This document shows, in pieces, positions 56,096 to 64,000 of a stretch of 64,000 bases of DNA. The notes beneath the pieces were generated by a model. The model was not told the DNA's origin. It saw only the letters and a program-made list of their open reading frames with translations, and did no database searches. This stretch comes from Phycisphaerae bacterium (lineage in GTDB: Bacteria > Planctomycetota > Phycisphaerae > UBA1845 > PWPN01), in the NCBI GenBank assembly GCA_035384605.1, contig DAOOIV010000003.1, forward strand, positions 31,159 to 95,158, in the 5' to 3' direction. A program made the translations under genes and the position numbers. Position 1 is the stretch's first letter. The number at the start of each line of letters is the position of its first letter.

Positions 56096-58037
56096 ATTCA
56101 ACCTCGACTCTGCCCAACTGCGCATCAGTCTTGAATACGATCTTCACGAAACGACAATCATTGCCCTTTGGCTTGGCGGTGTAGAGGTCGGCCTTCCAGA
56201 AACCGTAAACCCTCTCGCCGAAAGTGGTGGTTCGCTGGACATCCGGCTCGACGGGCTTGAATTCCTTGCAGTCCGCGGAGAAGGCGATCTGGATATCCTT
56301 GGGCTCGGCTTGGCTGTAGACGAACAACCGCACGGCGCTCATGCAACCGTGCGTGTGATAGATTACGGCGCTGTCCGGGTCGGCGGACAGCCGATGGCAG
56401 TCTTCCTTGAACTTGCGGGCCTCGTTTTGCCGGAAATGGAGCCTGCCTTGCTTCACGAAGATCTGTGAGTCATTACGCAGCTCGTCGACCAGCGTCCGAT
56501 GGCTGATCCTGACGGGGCTCCCGGCCTGTGAAGGCCCGGAGCAGCCGGCATGATTCCTGGCAATGACCCGGTAGCGGTAGGTCTTTCCCGGACAAGCCGA
56601 TTCGTCGATGAACTGCGGCTGATACTGGACCTGAGCTTCGGAAATGCCGCTACCGACGGTCAACCATGGTCCGAGGGGCCATTCAGCCCGTTGCACGTCG
56701 TAGCAGGTCGCCCCGACTGAGCCGCGCCAACTCACCATCCCGCCGTCGTCCGCCCGGACCGAACACGGCGAAGACGGCACGGGGATCGCCGGCGGAGTCA
56801 GCCCGCGGATCTCGTATGCTTTGGCTCGAAGCAGACGCATCATCCCTCGCTCGTCGTAAGCCTCGCCGGCCTCGAATCCCGGCCAGTGATAAGCCTTAAA
56901 AAGATCGCCGCCGGCCGGCTCATGATGCCAGTAGAATCCCCCCTCGCGACTGCGATATCGCAGGCTCCACAACAAAGCGCCCGTGACACGCTGTTCAATG
57001 ACGGTATCCATCACCGCACGAAGCGATTGCGTGCCCAGGAAACCGAACTCGCCGACATGGTAGGGCCTGTGCCCTCGCGCCGCCCGGCAATTGCGTTGAA
57101 TGCGATCAATCATGGCCGGAGCGTTATTCTCATAGTGATGCGTCTGGACGAAATCGACGTTCGGATCTTCGAGACGACTCTTCGGGAGCGTATCGTAGGT
57201 GGCGCCGTCGATCACCAGGTGATTCCGGTCGATGCTCTTGATGAACGCCGCGATCTGTTGCGTCCAGGATGCCGGCGCATTGAGCTCGTTGCCGGTTTCC
57301 CAGGCCAGAATCGCCGGGTCGTCCCGATAGCAAACCCCCGTGAGCGTATTCCTGCGATTGATGACAAACGCGATAACCTGCTTGTAGTCGTCGATCAATT
57401 CCGGATCGGTCCAGCAGTTCTTTGCGGCCTTGCCCCGAAACGCCGCCAACTCAGCCTGGCCTCCCCACCAGCTCCATTGGTCGATGAAGGGCACGATGAG
57501 ACGCACGCCGTGGCGGCGTGCGGCGACCAGGACGCGATCGAGTGCGACAAAGGCCTTCTCGTTGAACTCGCCGGGGCCCGTGATGTAGCGGGGCACATCG
57601 TCGGAATCGTCGGCTCGTCGTATCGGCAGGGCGTAGATACGAACGACCTGGCCGCCCATCTGCCCGACCGTCTCGAGCGCATCATTGATCTCATAATCAT
57701 TGGGCAGGCGGAAGGGCATGCTCCGGCTGAATCGCATGTCGTCCTCGACGTAATGCAGATTGGGTATGTTGACGGAGATGAACCGGAACTCGTTCGATCC
57801 GTCCATTAACCGATCACCCTCGCGCCGTACAAAGTCGTTCATCGACGGCGCTTTCGACGCCGGCAGCGGCGTGCAGCCTGCCAAGCACAGGCCCGCCGCC
57901 ATCGCAAGCAACCAGGCCGGCCCTCCGACCGCGCCTCTTTCGGTAGGCGACGCTCGCCCCCTCGAAGAGTACCGGCGGCGGCTTGCCCGCCGGTGCATAA
58001 CCGACTTGCCGAGAACAACGCCGACGATTGAGCTCAT
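56079..58037 (-). CDS. GH5-type endo-beta-mannanase-like enzyme with C-terminal Fn3/CBM-like modules
   Basis: GGGAG 7 nt upstream of ATG 58037. Lipobox LCLAGC. FRFISVNIPNL. AWETGNELNAP holds the acid/base Glu and HVGEFGF the nucleophile Glu. Confidence 0.75.
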   Translation of the reverse strand: MSSIVGVVLGKSVMHRRASRRRYSSRGRASPTERGAVGGPAWLLAMAAGLCLAGCTPLPASKAPSMNDFVRREGDRLMDGSNEFRFISVNIPNLHYVEDDMRFSRSMPFRLPNDYEINDALETVGQMGGQVVRIYALPIRRADDSDDVPRYITGPGEFNEKAFVALDRVLVAARRHGVRLIVPFIDQWSWWGGQAELAAFRGKAAKNCWTDPELIDDYKQVIAFVINRRNTLTGVCYRDDPAILAWETGNELNAPASWTQQIAAFIKSIDRNHLVIDGATYDTLPKSRLEDPNVDFVQTHHYENNAPAMIDRIQRNCRAARGHRPYHVGEFGFLGTQSLRAVMDTVIEQRVTGALLWSLRYRSREGGFYWHHEPAGGDLFKAYHWPGFEAGEAYDERGMMRLLRAKAYEIRGLTPPAIPVPSSPCSVRADDGGMVSWRGSVGATCYDVQRAEWPLGPWLTVGSGISEAQVQYQPQFIDESACPGKTYRYRVIARNHAGCSGPSQAGSPVRISHRTLVDELRNDSQIFVKQGRLHFRQNEARKFKEDCHRLSADPDSAVIYHTHGCMSAVRLFVYSQAEPKDIQIAFSADCKEFKPVEPDVQRTTTFGERVYGFWKADLYTAKPKGNDCRFVKIVFKTDAQLGRVEVEYDAAH

Positions 58038-58113
58038 GGGGGTACTCCCGACATGGGTACAGCCAAGTTGTGGCATCGAGCCGACCATCGTCAACCTGAA
58101 AAACCGGCTACGC

Positions 58114-59991
58114 TCACGCCAACCTCGCCCCCGATCCCCGCGACGCCTCGACGGGCGCGGCCGCTCCCGATGCTTCCAGGCGATCATACCAGCTTTTCTT
58201 GAGAATCCAGGACGTCAGCACGATAACGCCCGCCACGATGAGAACGCTGCGACCCTTCAGCAGAATGACGCAGATCGGGAGAAGCACCAGGGCGGTCTGC
58301 CAGATCGTCCCCACGATCACGTTGAACATATCCCGCCCGAAATCCGTGTTCTTCCGAAAGCCCGGATCGGCGGCGACAACCTTCTCGTGAATCGGTTTCC
58401 AGAACCCCCATGGCCGGACGCGACGATAGAACGAGACCAGCGTTTCCTCGTCGGTGGGACGGCTTGCCAGGGTTCCGATGATGCAACCGGCCATCGAAAG
58501 GACGAATAGTAGCGGGAAGTAGTACAACTCCAGCGTCTGCCTGAACACCAGAGGCAACACCAGGGCGGGAACCAGACCCGCAATCATGCCCCAGAAGTAC
58601 CCATGCCCATTGAACCGCCACCAGTACCACTTGAGCACGTTGGAGGACACATAGCCGCCGTAAAGCGCCGAGACAATCCACTGCAACAGGCTGTTGACAT
58701 CCTGGGCGAAAAAGCCCAGCACCGTGGACACCACCACCACAACCAGACCGGTTGCGTAGTTCACCATAACGACCCTGCGGTTCCCCGCGTCGGGCTTGAT
58801 GTACTTCAGGTAAAGGTCGTTGACCAGGTAGGCTTGGGCGGCGTTGAGCGTTCCGGCGAAGGTCCCGAGAAACGCCGCCAGCAGTCCGGCCAGCAGGCAT
58901 CCCATCAGGCCCACGGGCACGAATTCACTGATCGCCGAAGGCAGAATCTGTTCGAAGTCGATCCGATGTCCTACGACCAGATTCAGCCGGTGGTAGTACA
59001 ACAGGCCGAGGATCGCGAAACCGGCCACCATGAAGTAGCGAATCGGCATCAGCACAACCGATACGAAGCCGCTCATCAGGGCCGCTTCTCGCGGGTTGCG
59101 CGTGGCCAGGATCTTCTGCATGTCGTAGTTCGGGGCCGGACCGGCGGCGCTGGCCATGATGCCCTTGAAAAGCATCAGCATCATGATGATGCCGAAGAAT
59201 GAAAACTGGTCGGCGGCAATCTTCTCGTTGACGTCGGCGATGATCCCGCTCCAATCCAGGTCCAGCTTCCAGCCGAAAAACGGGCTGTGCCATCCGGGCG
59301 GAACGTTCAACGCTTGCGAAGACAGATGGAACATCGCGATGCCACCGATGGTCAGCGCGGAAACGGTCATGATCACGTACTGGATAATGTCCGCCAGCAC
59401 GATACTGGTCATGCCGCCCAGAATGGTGTAGAGAACCGCCACCAGCGTAAAGGCGATCCCATACACATGGGGCACGTATTGCGCGGGAACGTTGAATGGC
59501 ACATACGGCGAGATGATCTCCCAGGGAATGAAGATCTGAATGAATTTGCCCAGGCCTACAAAGCCGTACGCCAGGAAACCCAGGCAGCCGATGATCGCGA
59601 AAATGACTACGACCGCATGCGAGAGCTCCGAGCCCATGTCGCGGCCGAAACGCGTCCCGATCCATTGAGCTCCGGTCGTGACGTTCGACCGCCGCAGCCA
59701 GGCCGACAGGTATACCATCAGGAATATCTGGTTGAACGTCGGCCAGAGCCATGGCAGCCAGATGCTCTTGAGACCGTAAACGAACATGATCGTGACCAGC
59801 CACATCGTGCCCGAAATGTCAAACATGCCGGAGGCGTTTGACAGGCCCAGGAAATACCAGGGCAACTCCTTGCCGCCGAGAAGGTAGGAATTGAGATTTC
59901 GAGCCGCCCGTCGTCGCAGCAACACGCCGATCAGGCTGACGACCAGCAAGTAAACGAAGATGATCGTGATATCCAACGCGTGCAGCTTCAT
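58114..59991 (-). CDS. sodium:solute symporter family (SSF) transporter
   Basis: ~13 hydrophobic helices. N-terminal DITIIFVYLLVVSLIGVLLRRR..YLLGGKELPW is typical of SSF carriers. Confidence 0.85.
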   Translation of the reverse strand: MKLHALDITIIFVYLLVVSLIGVLLRRRAARNLNSYLLGGKELPWYFLGLSNASGMFDISGTMWLVTIMFVYGLKSIWLPWLWPTFNQIFLMVYLSAWLRRSNVTTGAQWIGTRFGRDMGSELSHAVVVIFAIIGCLGFLAYGFVGLGKFIQIFIPWEIISPYVPFNVPAQYVPHVYGIAFTLVAVLYTILGGMTSIVLADIIQYVIMTVSALTIGGIAMFHLSSQALNVPPGWHSPFFGWKLDLDWSGIIADVNEKIAADQFSFFGIIMMLMLFKGIMASAAGPAPNYDMQKILATRNPREAALMSGFVSVVLMPIRYFMVAGFAILGLLYYHRLNLVVGHRIDFEQILPSAISEFVPVGLMGCLLAGLLAAFLGTFAGTLNAAQAYLVNDLYLKYIKPDAGNRRVVMVNYATGLVVVVVSTVLGFFAQDVNSLLQWIVSALYGGYVSSNVLKWYWWRFNGHGYFWGMIAGLVPALVLPLVFRQTLELYYFPLLFVLSMAGCIIGTLASRPTDEETLVSFYRRVRPWGFWKPIHEKVVAADPGFRKNTDFGRDMFNVIVGTIWQTALVLLPICVILLKGRSVLIVAGVIVLTSWILKKSWYDRLEASGAAAPVEASRGSGARLA

Positions 59992-60182
59992 ATGGATTTC
60001 CGCGGCAATCGTACCATCCGTTGTCTCGGCACGCCAGACCATCGGCCTGCCCATCAAGCCATCCAAAGAGCCCCAGCACGTCGTGCGGGGCAGCCTCTTC
60101 GCAAACCGTCTCAACGCGGCATCGGGGGGCGGCCTCGCTTGCGAAGGAATCCTGCAGCAGGCTGGCCGCGACGTTGGACTGA

Positions 60183-60733
60183 TTAAGCGGCGGATTCCAC
60201 AACCAGAAGGATCGTCTTGAAGATATCGCCGACAAGGCTGTCCGCGCGCTCGCGGCCGGCAAAGTCGCCGCGATGGAGATGGTCCGAGTACGTTTGCCGC
60301 CGGCCACGCTCAGGACGATGAGAATCCGTCGTTTCCTCCGCCGAGATAGGCGAGTTCATCATAAAGAACTGGACGCCTATAAACGTCCCCTCCCCGAAGC
60401 GGCTGGGTAGCTTGCCGCCATGGCTCGGGCAGCACGGGGATTCGTCTGGGGTCCGGGCGTCGATCAACGTGAGAACGCGGTCGTGCGGAGCCACGACACA
60501 ACGGCCGTCACGCGACAGGAGCACGCCGGATGGGCATGCGGTGGCTCTTGCCGTCTTTCGGCAGGTGTGACGTATCTTCCTTTGGGCCAAGCACTTGCGT
60601 GCCACGGGTCGCTGCGGCAGTACCCCCCCCGGCCGGACGGCCGGAGGATGATAATGAGACCTTGATTGGCCACCGCGGCCTCAGCGGCGAGCACGACCGG
60701 CTGGACAACGCGAAGGACTCGGAACGGACGCAT
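60183..60733 (-). pseudogene. possible frameshifted or degraded gene upstream of the symporter
   Basis: Two GC3-rich ORF pieces lie in different frames: ATG 60733 MRPFRVLRVVQPVVLAAEAAVANQGLIIILRPSG..., and 60183..60605 ending ...GDIFKTILLVVESAA. They meet near a C8 homopolymer (60623-60630). One extra base would fuse them. No domain recognised. Confidence 0.25.
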
Positions 60734-61113
60734 GGTCAGAGTGCCTGACAGCCAGTTAAGTGAGGAAAAAGGCTTACCGACGGCGTGAGAACCCCTTGGT
60801 TCACCGTCAAGTCCTGGCACCGCCTTGTGGGGACGCCGGGCGCGGCTTATGAGGTCGCCCCGCATTCCATACGCACAGTGATATCCTGCGCGTCGCAATC
60901 CGTATTGTCCAAGTCGCAATATCGATATAGATTCTGCCCGCCCTTCTCCTTGCCGATCAGTATAATGATAACAGAGGGCGACGGCCGCGATGGTGATAAC
61001 GGCCGTGTTGACCTCGGTGACCGCAGTGCTTTACGGTTGCGGCGGCGTCGGGGAGCGGTCCCGGCATCGACGCTGCGGCGCCTCGCAGATGCCCCAAGGC
61101 AAGGAGCATGCTC

Positions 61114-61998
61114 ATGACCCACAGGAATGAACCAACTCGCGTGGTCCGCTCGGTCTCCACGGGTTTCACGCTAATAGAGGTTCTTGTAGTTGTAGCCATC
61201 ATTGCTTTGCTCATCGCCATTCTGCTGCCATCGCTCAGCAGAGCTCGCGAACATGCAAGACGAATACAATGCGCGTCCAATGCGCGTCAGATTGCCATCG
61301 CCTGCACTTTCCAGTCCGAGGATACCCCCGCGAAGGTCTACGCCTCCACCGCCTCGACGGGAAGCGACAGCCTGAATCACATCTTTCCGAAGTACTTGAA
61401 AGGTGTCCAGACGGCTTTGTGCCCTGGCACAAGAAACGTCGTTCGCGAGAATCGTCGGTCTTTCAACACCTTTTACGATCGGATCATTCTTGACGACCTG
61501 GAACACTCCGCCGCCAACGCCGCCGACGATACGGGTGGACACAGCTATGAGATCTGGGGCTGGTTCGACGGTCCCAGCATCTACCTCGATCGAACCAAGA
61601 TCGACGGCAGATCGGAAAGCGTCGGCCAGCAGTTGTGTTTGCCTCGGAAACCGGCCGTCGAGCCCTTGTACAGTCAGAGAACCGGCTGTTTGGTCAAGAA
61701 GCAGAGCACGATCAAACGCCCGCATACATGTCTGCTGGTTCTCGACAGCGACCAGGGCGGCAGCGGCCAACCAGGAGACGAGAATAACAACTATCCCGAT
61801 CCGGCCAACAATCACGGAAAAGACGGTCTCAACGTTTCGTTCGTCGACGGCCACACGCAGTTTGTGCGACCGAGTCAGGTGACGAGCATCTACCTGCAAA
61901 GCTATAACGACCCGCCGTATGATAACTGGCGGACCATCGCTCCGTGGTTGAGGGAGACGCAGCAGAACGGCTACACCGTCTGGACGCGCGTTGAGTAG
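61114..61998 (+). CDS. prepilin-type N-terminal cleavage/methylation domain protein, DUF1559 family
   Basis: AAGGAG 7 nt upstream of ATG 61114. [41 protein letters not shown]-terminal [12 protein letters not shown]. Confidence 0.85.
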   Translation: MTHRNEPTRVVRSVSTGFTLIEVLVVVAIIALLIAILLPSLSRAREHARRIQCASNARQIAIACTFQSEDTPAKVYASTASTGSDSLNHIFPKYLKGVQTALCPGTRNVVRENRRSFNTFYDRIILDDLEHSAANAADDTGGHSYEIWGWFDGPSIYLDRTKIDGRSESVGQQLCLPRKPAVEPLYSQRTGCLVKKQSTIKRPHTCLLVLDSDQGGSGQPGDENNNYPDPANNHGKDGLNVSFVDGHTQFVRPSQVTSIYLQSYNDPPYDNWRTIAPWLRETQQNGYTVWTRVE

Positions 61999-62329
61999 GA
62001 CCCCACACTAAAGAAAACATGCCCCACACGCCTTGGAGAGAAGGCAAGAGCAGAGAAAGAGGACGGCCTCGCCCGGAGACCTTCGCCGGACAGGTCATTG
62101 GTCTTGCCCGTACGTTCTCGCCTGAACGACGACAATGACGGTTCCGCTGTCAGTGCCGGCTCCTCCGGAAACCGCGATTCCCATATCCCCGTGTCGTTTG
62201 GCCTTCCCCGCGACGACGGCGACGCTTATCACGCCGGATCGGGCGGGTTCTGAGAATGCATGCCGGTTGCCGGTGGTCACCTTATAATCTGGAGAGTTGC
62301 GCTCCCTGCCACCGTCCGGAGAGAAACCG

Positions 62330-64000
62330 ATGAGTGCTCGTGAGATCCAGATGTCGGCTTTGACGCTGGTGTTCTTGCAGGCGGCAATTGCTCCGGCAGC
62401 GGAAAAGAATCTGCCCCCCACGATCACCGGCAAAGACGGTTCGGTCATGCTCGTGGTGCCCGCCGGACCGTTCATCATGGGCTCGGCCGAGGTTTGGGAT
62501 GAGACTCCGCCTCACCAAGTTGATCTGGCCGCTTTCTATGTCGACAGGACCGAGGTAACCGTCGCCCAGTATGCCCGGTTCGTGAAGGAAACCGGCATCA
62601 CGCCGCCGCCCGACTGGATCAATGGAATTCCGCCGGCGGGGCGAGACAACATGCCGATCACTAACATCACCTGGTTTGATGCCATGCGTTACGCCGTTTG
62701 GGCGGGCAAACGCCTCCCGACCGAGGCCGAATGGGAAAAGGCGGCGCGCGGGACCGACGGCCGGCGATTCCCCTGGGGTAACGTTGACGACGAAACGCTA
62801 CGCAACCTCGGCAGTGACCGAATTGCCTCAACCTCCCGTGAGGCGACCGGTGGAACCGGACCGCCGAAAGGAGCATCTCCATACGGCTGTCTGGACATGT
62901 CCGGAAACGCCTGGGAGTGGACGGCCGACTGGTACGACGGCTACCCGGGCACCTCGGCAAGGTCTTTGCACTTCGGCAGGCAGTACAAAGTCATGAGAGG
63001 CGGCGGCGGGATCTACTTCTATGGGACCGCCAACGCCGGCACCTGCACCCAGCGAGCCCGCCTGGTTCCCTACGGGGCCCACGATTCGCTTGGATTTCGT
63101 TGTGTGTTGGATGCCGATCCGGCCAAACGGCCTTACGATCCGCAGGTGGTGCTGAAGGAAGCCGAGGAGCGCCTCAAAACCATCCGGAACCGGCCGGCAA
63201 AGCTCTCCTATGAGATCGAGTTCGAGAGAATGAAGCAGGCCGCCAGAGTACCTGTCACCGTCGTCGGGCGTTCGGGACAGAGAGGGCATGTCCGTGCCGG
63301 CTTTCCGCTTCCCAAGGGCGCGGTCAGGAAGGAGACCGATATTCAAGTCTTTGGCCCGGTTGGAAATAACATCGCCTCCATGGCGACCGCTCTGTCGAAG
63401 TGGGAAGATGACTCCATCCGATGGGCCCTGCTCGATTTCACCGGTGAGGCCGGGCAGGTGTTCGAGATCGATATCAGCGGGCGTCCGGGCGGCTCGAACG
63501 CCGAACACGAATCGGTGCAAATCAATGCCGCCGGCAAAGCCGCCGCGATGCGCACCGACAAGATCACCGTTGCTGCGTCGCCCGAAGGGCTGATCGACCA
63601 GATCCGGCTGAGGGAGAGCGATGTCGTTCTCGGCAAGCTGACAATGGAAATGCAGGTAACGCTTGAGGGCGAGGCAACCACCCTGTCGGCCATGCCCGCA
63701 CAGCAGATCGAGGTCGAAGAAGCCCGCGCGCTGCATGGCTGCCTGCGCATGCAAGGCTTCTTCGGCACGGCGGACGGCCGGCAAACAGCGATGAAATACG
63801 ATCTTCGCGCACAAGCCGCTGCCGGGTCGCACCGCCTCACGCTCATGCTCACCATTACTCATTGGGCCGATCGCAAGAAATCGCAGAATCGCGATGATCC
63901 GTACGGCGATCCGGACCCGGCCATCAATGTGGCCGACCTGTCCGTGCGGTTCGCGTTGGCCGGTAATCCTGCCCTTGTCGCGCTTGGCACCGATGGGGGA
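62330..64000 (+). CDS. formylglycine-generating-enzyme (FGE/SUMF1) family protein with long C-terminal extension; 3'-partial, runs off the window
   Basis: Absent from the ORF track. Hand translation from ATG 62330 (GGAGAG upstream) is open for all 557 codons to nt 64000. Signal peptide, then MGS..PPHQV.L.AFY.D..EVT..QY..F, NITWFDA..YA.WAGKRLPTEAEWEKAARG, MSGNAWEW and GFRCV motifs. Confidence 0.8.
   Translation, partial: MSAREIQMSALTLVFLQAAIAPAAEKNLPPTITGKDGSVMLVVPAGPFIMGSAEVWDETPPHQVDLAAFYVDRTEVTVAQYARFVKETGITPPPDWINGIPPAGRDNMPITNITWFDAMRYAVWAGKRLPTEAEWEKAARGTDGRRFPWGNVDDETLRNLGSDRIASTSREATGGTGPPKGASPYGCLDMSGNAWEWTADWYDGYPGTSARSLHFGRQYKVMRGGGGIYFYGTANAGTCTQRARLVPYGAHDSLGFRCVLDADPAKRPYDPQVVLKEAEERLKTIRNRPAKLSYEIEFERMKQAARVPVTVVGRSGQRGHVRAGFPLPKGAVRKETDIQVFGPVGNNIASMATALSKWEDDSIRWALLDFTGEAGQVFEIDISGRPGGSNAEHESVQINAAGKAAAMRTDKITVAASPEGLIDQIRLRESDVVLGKLTMEMQVTLEGEATTLSAMPAQQIEVEEARALHGCLRMQGFFGTADGRQTAMKYDLRAQAAAGSHRLTLMLTITHWADRKKSQNRDDPYGDPDPAINVADLSVRFALAGNPALVALGTDGG

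Overview
High-GC (~60-70% by eye) bacterial chromosome segment. I infer a Planctomycetota (Phycisphaerae-like) origin from gene content only: two prepilin-N-terminus/DUF1559 proteins, LamG proteins with dockerin-like or PEP-CTERM tails, Tat-signal Gfo/Idh/MocA and DUF362 proteins, a Cys-type sulfatase and an FGE-family protein. All functional calls rest on motifs I recognise by eye; no searches were run. The ORF track uses GTG/TTG starts shown as M. It also omits an ORF that runs off the 3' end (62330..64000, FGE-family), which I translated by hand. The left third holds a PIN/RHH toxin-antitoxin pair, secreted proteins, a Ski2/HelY-like helicase, an orphan corrinoid protein, rluD, cysK and a sulfatase. 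The middle holds a nagB-PIG-L fusion, rpsU, an O-methyltransferase-GDPD fusion, small ORFans, mntP, rluB and DUF362. The right third (37-60 kb) is a large glycan-utilisation region: LamG proteins, a XylR-like regulator, GH127, GH5, a beta-propeller GH, and a symporter / GH5 / 2-epimerase / GH130 mannoside-phosphorylase operon. Four structures are not explained by ordinary genes. (1) A 595-bp direct duplication of the helicase 5' end brackets a 3.55-kb lower-GC insert carrying two genes of unknown function. (2) A 93-nt conserved intergenic repeat occurs three times in both orientations, with a covarying hairpin. (3) A degenerate 33-bp tandem array plus a 12-bp palindrome sit in an AT-rich patch just upstream of the sulfatase. 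(4) A ~1-kb apparently non-coding or degraded stretch with a C8 homopolymer lies upstream of the mannoside operon. No rRNA, tRNA, CRISPR array, transposase or integrase was recognised.
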